Virus record (IMG/VR): IMGVR_UViG_3300033076_001041
Span: 1-31,723 of that record
Strand: one strand, 5' to 3'
Source of the DNA: a virus
Taxonomy: Duplodnaviria; Caudoviricetes
Length of the DNA stretch: 31,723 nt
Part shown: positions 9,300 to 17,341 of the stretch, one piece after another
Layout: each line of letters opens with the position of its first letter
How positions within the stretch are numbered: the stretch's first letter is position 1
Position numbers and translations under genes: made by a program
Notes under the pieces: model-generated
Told to the model about the DNA's origin: nothing
The model's input: only the letters and a program-made list of their open reading frames with translations
Database searches by the model: none

Positions 9300-9306
9300 A
9301 TATAGA

Positions 9307-9313
9307 ATAAATA
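9307..9313 (-). promoter_or_regulatory. TATTTAT motif upstream of the RHH gene
   Basis: ataaata on the + strand, 7 nt from the ATG at 9299. Confidence 0.55.
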
Positions 9314-9315
9314 TT

Positions 9316-9337
9316 AAAAGGTAGAAAAAAGGTAGAA
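9316..9337. repeat. Perfect 11-bp tandem direct repeat AAAAGGTAGAA x2, candidate operator
   Basis: Read directly; lies between the divergent RHH and sheath genes. Confidence 0.7.
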
Positions 9338-9397
9338 TTTTTTCATACTCTTTATTTTTTAATCAAAAACACGATAGATTTTTGCATAATGATGAGG

Positions 9398-9404
9398 TAT
9401 TTAT
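9398..9404 (+). promoter_or_regulatory. TATTTAT motif upstream of the tail sheath gene
   Basis: GG-TATTTAT-ATATAAAA followed by an A-rich leader. Confidence 0.6.
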
Positions 9405-9440
9405 ATATAAAATAAAAGTTTAAAATAAAAAAGATTTAAA

Positions 9441-12400
9441 ATGGCATCATCTAACAAAGTATTCGTATCGCCTGGAGTTTATACTTCAGAAAGAGACTTA
9501 ACATTTGTTGCACAAAGTGTGGGTGTAACTACATTGGGTATTGCTGGTGAAACCTTACAGGGACCGGCTTTTGAACCAATCTTTATAACAAACTTCGACG
9601 AGTACCAAGTTTATTTTGGTGGAACAAGTCCTGAAAAGTTTGTTAACACACAAATCCCTAAATATGAAACATCGTATATTGCTAAAGCATACTTACAACA
9701 ATCAAATCAATTGTTTGTTACAAGAGTACTTGGTCTTTCAGGTTACGACGCTGGGCCATCTTGGTCTGTTGTTACAATGGGTAACGTTGACCCTGCAACT
9801 ATTTCCAATACAGGAAACACAACAGGAACGTTTACGTTTACAGGAGTAACAGGAACAAGTTCTAGTATCTCATTAGTTGGTTTACCAACCGCGATATCAT
9901 CATTGTTAACTAACACTTACACTAATTTTGATAATTCAACATCAACATTACAGTTGGATATCCAAGCGTACATTAGTAATCAAATTGCGTTATATTCACA
10001 AGGTTCTGTATCGTCAGGTACGACTGCTCAGTTTTGGGGTAGTGTAACTAATAGTGTTATTACAGGTGTTACAGCATCTTCAGTAAACACTGTAACAGCA
10101 TATACTGAAACATACGGCGTTAGTGATGTAAATATTGCAAACAACACATTATCAGCAACGACTAACGACCCTTGGTTCTATTCACAATTTACTTACTCAA
10201 AACCTTCAGGTGTTGGTAAATATTATGGTTTTGGATTTGGTATATCTTTAGACGGTATAGTTACGGGAGCAACTGCAGGGACTTATTCAGGTGTTTGTAA
10301 TTACGGTATAACTAGTTACTCAGGTTCGCCTTATAGTACTTACGACGATTTAGTTGTGGCAACATTAAGATCAAGAGGTATTTCAACATACTCATCAACA
10401 AACCACGGACCGTCTTTTGAAGTTTCGGGAATGTCAATGGCAACATTAATTACAACAGGAAATTATACTTCCGTTAATACAAATCCGTTTGAAACGTTTT
10501 TAATTACGGGTACTACAACAGACGGAGATAGTTTTAGTTTTGAAACATCTCTTTCAACTACCGACACTCAATATATGTCGAAAGTATTTGGTAGAAGTAA
10601 TTTCGGGAAAGATAGAACTCAGGTACCATTATTTGTTGAGGAAGCGTATCCGGCATTATTAACTACAGGTTATAGAGCAAATAAAATTAGAGGTATTTAT
10701 CAAGATTTTGTTACTTTACCTGGAGTTACCGATACAACAGCAAATGATTATAACGATACTATTGCGTTTTACTTAGAACAATACCAAACTCCTGAGACAC
10801 CATTTATCGTATCAGAACTTAGAGGTAGTAAAGTTTATAACTTATTTAAAGCTAAACTTATTTCTGACGGTAACGCAGCAAATAGATTAGTTAAAATATC
10901 AGTGGCAAATATGTCGTTTAATAATTTAACATTCGACTTATTTGTTAGAGATTTCTACGATACTGACCAAAATGTTAGAGTTTTAGAAAGTTTCACAAAT
11001 TGTTCTATGGATCCATCACAAAATAACTACGTAGCAAATAAAGTAGGTACGGCTAATGGTGAATACCAAGTTAAGTCTAAATTTATTATGTTGGAAATGA
11101 GTGATGATGCACCGATAGACGCATTACCTTGTGGATTTGCAGGATATACATCAAGAGAGTATTTGTCATCAACACCACCATTTGTGGCATACAAAACAAA
11201 ATATTTACAACCAGGTGACGTAATTTATAACCCACCATTTGGTTCATCAAGTGGTGTAGATAACCCTGTTATTTCTAACGGTGAAAATCCAAGAAGAGCA
11301 TACTTAGGTATTTCAAACATTACAGGTGTTGATTACGATTTCTTTGAATATAAAGGTAAACAATTACCTGCAAACCTTGGTACAGACACTACAGGTTCAC
11401 AATGGGCTTACACAACTAAAGGTTTCCATATGGATAGTGGGGCTACTATTGTAACTATGATAGATGTATTGACTTCAGCAACAACTACAGCTTATGAAGT
11501 GGGTGTTGGGTCATTTAGAAGTGAACCTACAGATAGTGATAACCCATATTATAGATTAAACACTCGTAAATTTACATTATTACCTTATGGTGGTTTTGAT
11601 GGTTGGGACATCTATAGAGAATACAGAACTAATGGTGACTCTTACGCTTTAGGTCAGACAGGATATAAGTTTGGTGCACAAGCATCAATCACATACCCAA
11701 CGGCTTCAGGATGGGGAGCGTTCAAACAAATCTCAGGACCTAACCAAGAAACTTGGGCAAATACTGACTACTATGCATACTTATGGGGACAACAATCATT
11801 TGGTAACCCTGAGGCGGTTAATATAAATGTATTTACAACACCTGGTATTGATTATGTAAATAACTCAAACCTTGTTGAAACTGCAATTGATATGGTAGAA
11901 ACTGATAGAGCGGATTCGATTTATATCACAACCACTCCTGACTTTAATATGTTCTTACCAACATATAATGATATTGAGGAAGGATTAATTTACCCTCAAC
12001 AGGCGGTTGATAACTTAGAAAATACCGGTATAGACTCTAACTACACCGCAACTTATTACCCTTGGGTTTTAACAAGAGATAGTGTGAATAATACACAAAT
12101 TTATCTTCCACCAACGGCAGAAGTAACTAAAAACTTGGCGTTAACAGATAACATCGCATTCCCTTGGTTCGCATCAGCGGGTTACACAAGAGGTATCGTA
12201 AACGCAATTAAAGCACGTAAGAAGTTAACACAAGAAGATAGAGACACTCTTTACAAAGGTAGAATCAACCCAATTGCAACCTTCTCTGATGTTGGTACAG
12301 TAATTTGGGGTAATAAAACTCTACAAATTAGAGAGTCTGCACTTGATAGAATCAACGTAAGAAGATTGTTGTTACAAGCACGTAAGTTGATTTCGGCAGT

Positions 12401-12656
12401 GGCGGTTAGATTATTGTTTGAACAAAACGACGATAAAGTAAGACAACAATTTTTAGATTCAGTAAACCCAATCTTGGATTCGATTAGAAGAGATAGAGGT
12501 TTGATTGACTTTAGAGTAACGGTTTCTAACACACCTGAAGATTTAGATTCAAATACTTTAACAGGTAAAATCTTCTTGAAGCCAACAAGAGCGTTAGAAT
12601 ACATAGACATCGAGTTTGTTATTACACCAACAGGAGCATCATTCGATGATGTATAA
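9441..12656 (+). CDS. Contractile tail sheath protein (T4 gp18-like)
   Basis: N-terminal FVSPGVYTSERD and GPAFEP; C-terminal YYPWV, PWFASAGYTRG, RDTLYKGRINPI, WGNKTL, RINVRRLL, LFEQND, PTRALEYIDIEF. Confidence 0.97.
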   Translation: MASSNKVFVSPGVYTSERDLTFVAQSVGVTTLGIAGETLQGPAFEPIFITNFDEYQVYFGGTSPEKFVNTQIPKYETSYIAKAYLQQSNQLFVTRVLGLSGYDAGPSWSVVTMGNVDPATISNTGNTTGTFTFTGVTGTSSSISLVGLPTAISSLLTNTYTNFDNSTSTLQLDIQAYISNQIALYSQGSVSSGTTAQFWGSVTNSVITGVTASSVNTVTAYTETYGVSDVNIANNTLSATTNDPWFYSQFTYSKPSGVGKYYGFGFGISLDGIVTGATAGTYSGVCNYGITSYSGSPYSTYDDLVVATLRSRGISTYSSTNHGPSFEVSGMSMATLITTGNYTSVNTNPFETFLITGTTTDGDSFSFETSLSTTDTQYMSKVFGRSNFGKDRTQVPLFVEEAYPALLTTGYRANKIRGIYQDFVTLPGVTDTTANDYNDTIAFYLEQYQTPETPFIVSELRGSKVYNLFKAKLISDGNAANRLVKISVANMSFNNLTFDLFVRDFYDTDQNVRVLESFTNCSMDPSQNNYVANKVGTANGEYQVKSKFIMLEMSDDAPIDALPCGFAGYTSREYLSSTPPFVAYKTKYLQPGDVIYNPPFGSSSGVDNPVISNGENPRRAYLGISNITGVDYDFFEYKGKQLPANLGTDTTGSQWAYTTKGFHMDSGATIVTMIDVLTSATTTAYEVGVGSFRSEPTDSDNPYYRLNTRKFTLLPYGGFDGWDIYREYRTNGDSYALGQTGYKFGAQASITYPTASGWGAFKQISGPNQETWANTDYYAYLWGQQSFGNPEAVNINVFTTPGIDYVNNSNLVETAIDMVETDRADSIYITTTPDFNMFLPTYNDIEEGLIYPQQAVDNLENTGIDSNYTATYYPWVLTRDSVNNTQIYLPPTAEVTKNLALTDNIAFPWFASAGYTRGIVNAIKARKKLTQEDRDTLYKGRINPIATFSDVGTVIWGNKTLQIRESALDRINVRRLLLQARKLISAVAVRLLFEQNDDKVRQQFLDSVNPILDSIRRDRGLIDFRVTVSNTPEDLDSNTLTGKIFLKPTRALEYIDIEFVITPTGASFDDV

Positions 12657-12666
12657 ATAAAAAATA

Positions 12667-12696
12667 AATGGGGAGTTTAGAAATATTCTCCCCATT
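12667..12696 (+). terminator. Hairpin after the sheath gene (probable terminator or mRNA stabiliser)
   Basis: 9-bp perfect stem AATGGGGAG/CTCCCCATT with a 12-nt loop; weak U-tail. Confidence 0.6.
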
Positions 12697-12699
12697 ATA

Positions 12700-12706
12700 T
12701 ATTTAT
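12700..12706 (+). promoter_or_regulatory. TATTTAT motif upstream of the 45-aa ORF and HAD gene
   Basis: Directly after the hairpin, 13 nt before the ATG at 12720. Confidence 0.6.
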
Positions 12707-12719
12707 AAAATAAAAAGTT

Positions 12720-12857
12720 ATGAAAATAGAAAAAAAATTAATTAAAGAATCTTTAGGTGATTTTAAAAAAAGTCCTAAAACGTTTTCACAAAAAAAACAA
12801 AACATTATCATAACTGAACAACAGTTAGAAAAACTTTTAGCGAAACTACAAAAATAA
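12720..12857 (+). CDS. Small basic 45-aa protein (not in ORF track)
   Basis: Manual translation MKIEKKLIKESLGDFKKSPKTFSQKKQNIIITEQQLEKLLAKLQK; follows TATTTAT and its TAA overlaps the next ATG (TAATG). Confidence 0.75.
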   Translation: MKIEKKLIKESLGDFKKSPKTFSQKKQNIIITEQQLEKLLAKLQK

Positions 12858-13720
12858 TGAATAGATATTCTAAACACATTAGAGAGGGTATTGATGATTC
12901 TGGTAATCCAGATTCTAAGTACTACGCCTTTGATTGGGACGATAATTTAATGTTTATGCCAACTAAAATTGTTGTTTTATCAGAAAACGACGAAGAGGTA
13001 GGTATGGGTACCGAAGACTTTGCTGAACACAGACATCAGATAGGGGTTGAACCTTTCAATTATAAAGGAACAACGATTATTAATTATGCTCCCGATCCGT
13101 TCAGGTATTTTGGGGTTGAGGGGGATAAAAGATTTATTATCGATGCAATGACTGCGCCTTTAGGTCCGTCTTGGAATGACTTTGTGGAATGTATTAACGG
13201 AGGGTCAATTTTTGCTATAATCACCGCTAGAGGTCACACACCAAGTACATTAAAAGAAGGGGTTAAAAATTTAATAGTCGCTAATAAAAACGGTATTAAC
13301 AGTAAAACTCTTATTGAAAATCTTAAAAAGTATGAGTCTTTAATGAAAAAAAATATTAGAGAACAAGATGAGACAATAAATTTTGAGTATGATAATAGTG
13401 ATTTAATAGAAAGATATTTAGAAAGATGTCTATTTGAACCTGTTAGTTATGGTGCGGGTAGTGCAAAAAATCCTGAACAAGGTAAAATCGATGCTATGAG
13501 AAACTTCATTTCTTATTGTAAGAAAGTGGCGAATGAGATAATACACGTTCCTGGTAAATTTAAAAATGATGTTGCGAACAACGAAATAATCCCAATAATT
13601 GGTTTTTCAGATGACGATCCTAGAAATATTGATAAAATGAAAGATTTTTTAGATAAAGAATATGAAGAAAATCCAGTAAGAATGTATTTAACTAAAGGAG
13701 GAGATAAAAAAGAAATATAA
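12857..13720 (+). CDS. HAD-superfamily phosphatase (PNKP/RNA-repair-like)
   Basis: Motif I YAFDWDDN, motif II FAIITARGH, motif III Lys in EQGKIDA, motif IV IGFSDDD. Confidence 0.75.
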   Translation: MNRYSKHIREGIDDSGNPDSKYYAFDWDDNLMFMPTKIVVLSENDEEVGMGTEDFAEHRHQIGVEPFNYKGTTIINYAPDPFRYFGVEGDKRFIIDAMTAPLGPSWNDFVECINGGSIFAIITARGHTPSTLKEGVKNLIVANKNGINSKTLIENLKKYESLMKKNIREQDETINFEYDNSDLIERYLERCLFEPVSYGAGSAKNPEQGKIDAMRNFISYCKKVANEIIHVPGKFKNDVANNEIIPIIGFSDDDPRNIDKMKDFLDKEYEENPVRMYLTKGGDKKEI

Positions 13721-13792
13721 TATTTATTGGGTCTAGTATAAGGATATTTCTAAAATAGATGAAAGTAAATAGAAAAAAAATAAACCAATAGA

Positions 13793-13799
13793 TATTTAT
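13793..13799 (+). promoter_or_regulatory. TATTTAT motif upstream of the tail tube gene (a second copy at 13721-13727)
   Basis: GA-TATTTAT-AAAA followed by an A-rich leader. Confidence 0.6.
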
Positions 13800-13830
13800 A
13801 AAATAAATAAAACAAATTAAAAAATAAGAT

Positions 13831-14319
13831 ATGGCTGATTTATTAATGAAAATGCCCTTTCAGTACGAACCTAAAAAGAAAAATAGGTTTATTCTGTCTT
13901 TCCCTTCAGCTTTAGGGATTAACTCTTGGTACGTTGAGTCAACTTCAAGACCGAGTGTAGATGTTAAAGAAGTTGAGATTCCATTCTTAAACACTTCTAC
14001 TTACGTTGCTGGTCGTTTTACTTGGGGTACTATTGACGTTACTTTCCGTGACCCAATCGGTCCTTCAGCATCTCAAGCATTAATGGAGTGGGTACGTTTA
14101 TGTGCTGAATCTGTTACAGGTCGTATGGGTTATGCTGCTGGATACAAAAAAGATGTGGACTTAGAAATGTTAGACCCAACAGGAGTTGCTGTTGAAAAGT
14201 GGATACTACAAGGTGTGTTTTTAACTAAGGTTGATTTTGATTCATTATCTTATAGTGAAGATGGCCTTGTAACGGTTAAAGCAACAATGAGACCTGATAG
14301 ATGTATTTTGGTATACTAA
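13831..14319 (+). CDS. Tail tube protein (T4 gp19-like)
   Basis: 162 aa; EPKKKNRF, RPSV....VEIPFLN...YVAGR..W..I.VT.RD, EW, LDPTG...EKW.L.G.F; follows the sheath. Confidence 0.92.
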   Translation: MADLLMKMPFQYEPKKKNRFILSFPSALGINSWYVESTSRPSVDVKEVEIPFLNTSTYVAGRFTWGTIDVTFRDPIGPSASQALMEWVRLCAESVTGRMGYAAGYKKDVDLEMLDPTGVAVEKWILQGVFLTKVDFDSLSYSEDGLVTVKATMRPDRCILVY

Positions 14320-14343
14320 TCAAATAACAAATATAACAATATT

Positions 14344-14369
14344 AACCCTACTATTAAGTGGGGTTTTTT
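14344..14369 (+). terminator. Intrinsic terminator after the tail tube gene
   Basis: Stem AACCCTACT/AGTGGGGTT (one G-U pair), 4-nt loop, T-run. Confidence 0.8.
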
Positions 14370-14370
14370 G

Positions 14371-14398
14371 TTTACTATAGACAAAAACAATTTATTTT
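14371..14398 (+). promoter_or_regulatory. Sigma70-like promoter of the chaperone gene (TTTACT-N16-TATTTT)
   Basis: Immediately after the terminator; this intergenic region has no TATTTAT; same spacing as the helicase and SSB sites. Confidence 0.45.
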
Positions 14399-14415
14399 TT
14401 AAATAAAACTATATT

Positions 14416-15174
14416 ATGGATCAATCTACAGTTTATGGACAAATGGATTTTAATTTACCACACGATGTGGTTTCCTTACCTTCTAAGGGAAAATTCTATT
14501 TACCAAAAAAAGAAAGTTTAAAAGTCGGGTTTTTAACCGCATCAGATGAAAATATTTTAATGTCCCAAAATAACTCCAAAGAAGGGATTATTTATACATT
14601 ACTTAAAAATAAAATATACGAGCCAGGATTTAGTATTGACCAACTATTAGATGTCGATATTCAGGCAATATTAATCTTTTTAAGAAATACTGCATTTGGT
14701 AACGAATTTAATTATAAACTAAAAGACCCAAAAACGGGTAATGATTTTGAAGTCACTATTGTAATTGATGAGTTAAAATATATTGAACCTTTTCACGAAC
14801 CTGATGCTGAGGGGTTGTTTGAATTACAATTACCTAAGTCAAGTAAAAAAATCAAAGTTAAACTATTGAGTTTAGGTGAAACAAGAGAGATTGATAAAAT
14901 CATAGAAAAGTACCCAAAAGGTATGGTAGCACCAACAATTACTAAAAAGTTAGAATACCAAATTGTAGAAATTGATGGTAATCGAAGTAAAGAGGGTATT
15001 GCTACGTTTGTGAAAAGTATGCCTATTTCTGATTCTAAACTTATTAGAAAATTTGTTTCTGAATGTGAACCAGGTATTGACCTTAAACAAGAAGTAGTGG
15101 CCCCGTCCGGAGAAAAAGTAACGTTTGACGTGACTTTTGGGGTCGACTTTTTTCGTCCTTTCTTCTCAATATAA
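14416..15174 (+). CDS. Tail/baseplate-hub assembly chaperone (T4 gp26/gp51-like)
   Basis: VSLPSKGKFY, LTASDENIL, D..AILIFLR..AFG, a duplicated LPKS half, C-terminal GVDFFRP; lies between the tube and tape-measure genes. Confidence 0.75.
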   Translation: MDQSTVYGQMDFNLPHDVVSLPSKGKFYLPKKESLKVGFLTASDENILMSQNNSKEGIIYTLLKNKIYEPGFSIDQLLDVDIQAILIFLRNTAFGNEFNYKLKDPKTGNDFEVTIVIDELKYIEPFHEPDAEGLFELQLPKSSKKIKVKLLSLGETREIDKIIEKYPKGMVAPTITKKLEYQIVEIDGNRSKEGIATFVKSMPISDSKLIRKFVSECEPGIDLKQEVVAPSGEKVTFDVTFGVDFFRPFFSI

Positions 15175-15307
15175 GCAGATATTATTGGATGAGTTTTTTT
15201 ATTTAACAAAACTTGGTGGTTTTAATTATCGAGACTTACTAATAATGCCAACTTTTGAACGTAAGTACTTTATGAAAAAACTTGTTGACTATCACGAAAA
15301 AAAATAA
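15149..15307 (+). CDS. +1-frame C-terminal extension of the chaperone (probable frameshift product, GT-like; not in ORF track)
   Basis: Frame open from 15134 to TAA 15305-15307: FFVLSSQYKQILLDEFFYLTKLGGFNYRDLLIMPTFERKYFMKKLVDYHEKK. The MP.FER.Y motif resembles short gp51-like/GT chaperone tails; first ATG is only 20 codons before the stop. Confidence 0.7.
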   Translation, partial: FFVLSSQYKQILLDEFFYLTKLGGFNYRDLLIMPTFERKYFMKKLVDYHEKK

Positions 15308-15314
15308 ACCATTC

Positions 15315-15326
15315 TATTTATAAATA
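15315..15326 (+). promoter_or_regulatory. TATTTAT motif (within the palindrome TATTTATAAATA) upstream of the tape-measure gene
   Basis: Read directly; the 7-mer ends 14 nt before the ATG at 15336. Confidence 0.6.
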
Positions 15327-15335
15327 AAAGAAAAT

Positions 15336-17303
15336 ATGCTTTGGTTATTTTTTCAAAATGAGGCTGAAACAACAGGTAAGGAATCTGAGGCAGCAAAAAC
15401 CACAAGAGGGACAGGTGCTATTAAACAATTAGAGGAATTAAAAACCGCTTTTAAGGATTTTGTTGCTGGTACGGACGTAAGTACAATTTTCGCTAACATT
15501 AACTCCCAACTAACCACAATGGAGGATTCCGCAATGGCCCTACAAAGGTCTATGGGTGGAGTTGTTGTTGGTGCCGAAGATTTTAGAGAAAGACTAACAG
15601 ATGCGTTTAAAGAGACACAATCAATAGGTGGGTCATTTCAAGATGCTGCGGATGCTGTAGGTGGAATTGCCACTGAAATGGGGAGAGTTGTTAATCCAAG
15701 TAAGGAAGTCACAACATTAATGATTGAGTTTTCTAAGGCAACCGGAGTTTCTTCAAAAGAAACGGGGCAAATGGTTGCACAATTTGCAACATTTGGTGGA
15801 ACACAAAAAGAGGCGATTACTGACATATCATTACTTGGTGCTGAAGCAAGAAAATCAGGTTTGGCTGCAAAATCATTCACACAAGAAGTTGCAAAAAATT
15901 TAAAACAAGCAAGTTTATATGGGTTTGAAAAAGGAGTTGAAGGTATACAAAAAATTGTAAAACAAACACAACTTCTTAGAACAAGTATGGAGAAGTTACA
16001 AATTAAAGAAATTGGTACTTCTTTATTGGATCCTGAAAAGGCGTTAGAAGCGGCATCAAGTATGCAAATGTTAGGTGGTTCTGTCGGAGCATTGGCTGAC
16101 CCATTTCAGTTACTATATATGGGTCAAAAAGATATGGCCAAACTAACTGATGAAATTTTAAATATGTCAAAGGCTACTTTTACCTTTGATAAAGAAACGG
16201 GAACGTTTGGTCAAACTACCGAAGATATGTATCTTTTACGAGCACAAGTTGAAGCGTTAGGTGGTAATTATGAAGAAACCGCAAATGCTGGTAAAGAATT
16301 GGCTAAACAAGATTTTATTAAAGGTAAAATTGGTAAAGGGTTTAGTGAAGATGAACAAAATTTAATCGCAGGACTTTCTCAAATTGGTAAAGGTGGTGAA
16401 GTAACGATAGATTTTCCCGGATTTTCAAAAGGGGTTGTTAGTTTACAAGAAGCAATGGCTGACCCGACATTCGCAGAAGAATTAAAAAAATACCAAGAAA
16501 AGGCTGCAATGAGTGATAAAGAACTGGCTGAGGAACAATTATCGGTTGCTGAAAAACAGGCAATAGATATTAACCAAATTAAAAATGCTGTAATTTTAGG
16601 AATGGACTCAACAAAAAGAAACGAACTTTTGTCCGCAATAAAAAAATCAGATAACGCCTCTTTTGAATTATTTAAAACAACAACAGAAACTTTGGCGCCA
16701 GTAACAAGAGAGGGAAATCTTACCGCACAAAACGCAGTTGCTGACAGTTTAGAACTAGTTAAAAAAACACTACCAACAGCGGGTGAACTGAAGGGGATGA
16801 TGGACACATATATAAACAATACTAAAAATAATTCCGGCGGAGAAGAAGAAGGTGGTGGTGGTGGTGGTGACAACCAAGAAGTTGATATTGAAGGAACCGA
16901 TCCATTTGGTGGTGGTGGAGACAACCAAGAAGTAATTTTTGATGCACAGTTTAAAGGTGGTAAAAACACTATGATAAGTGCCGAAGGTAAATTGTACCAA
17001 CCACTACCTAATGACCAAATAGCCGTAGGGACAAGATTGTTGGACACCTTAAATCAAGGTCAAGTAGGGTTAGATTTAATTGCCGCCTTATCTAATGTTA
17101 AACAAAGTAGTTCCACTCAATCAACAAACGTGAGTGGCAAAGTAGAATTTGGTGAAATAAGAGTAAAAATAGACGCACCTTCAGGCGTTGACATCGCAAT
17201 GTTAGAAAAATCATTAAACAGTAAACAATTTACCGATAAAATAATGGGAATAGTTGCAAATCAGAAATCATACTATCAAAATCAAGCAACACTTGAAGGT
17301 TAA
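15336..17303 (+). CDS. Tape measure protein
   Basis: 655 aa, Ala/Gly/Gln/Met-rich helical character; follows the tube and chaperone; DPEKALE.A..MQMLGG...LADPF.L.Y segment. Confidence 0.75.
   Translation: MLWLFFQNEAETTGKESEAAKTTRGTGAIKQLEELKTAFKDFVAGTDVSTIFANINSQLTTMEDSAMALQRSMGGVVVGAEDFRERLTDAFKETQSIGGSFQDAADAVGGIATEMGRVVNPSKEVTTLMIEFSKATGVSSKETGQMVAQFATFGGTQKEAITDISLLGAEARKSGLAAKSFTQEVAKNLKQASLYGFEKGVEGIQKIVKQTQLLRTSMEKLQIKEIGTSLLDPEKALEAASSMQMLGGSVGALADPFQLLYMGQKDMAKLTDEILNMSKATFTFDKETGTFGQTTEDMYLLRAQVEALGGNYEETANAGKELAKQDFIKGKIGKGFSEDEQNLIAGLSQIGKGGEVTIDFPGFSKGVVSLQEAMADPTFAEELKKYQEKAAMSDKELAEEQLSVAEKQAIDINQIKNAVILGMDSTKRNELLSAIKKSDNASFELFKTTTETLAPVTREGNLTAQNAVADSLELVKKTLPTAGELKGMMDTYINNTKNNSGGEEEGGGGGGDNQEVDIEGTDPFGGGGDNQEVIFDAQFKGGKNTMISAEGKLYQPLPNDQIAVGTRLLDTLNQGQVGLDLIAALSNVKQSSSTQSTNVSGKVEFGEIRVKIDAPSGVDIAMLEKSLNSKQFTDKIMGIVANQKSYYQNQATLEG
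16857..16933 (+). repeat. 26-nt direct repeat (GGGGDNQEV x2) in the tape-measure acidic/Gly linker
   Basis: 16857-16882 and 16908-16933, 25/26 identical, 51-nt period. Confidence 0.9.
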
Positions 17304-17319
17304 AAAATATATTTTAATC

Positions 17320-17326
17320 TATTTAT
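17320..17326 (+). promoter_or_regulatory. TATTTAT motif upstream of the baseplate operon
   Basis: ATC-TATTTAT-TAAT, 15 nt before the ATG at 17342. Confidence 0.6.
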
Positions 17327-17341
17327 TAATAAAAATAACGA

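Noticed and set aside
13694-13703. SD-like AAAGGAGGAG
   Set aside because: It encodes KGG at the end of the HAD gene, and no plausible ORF start follows at SD spacing.
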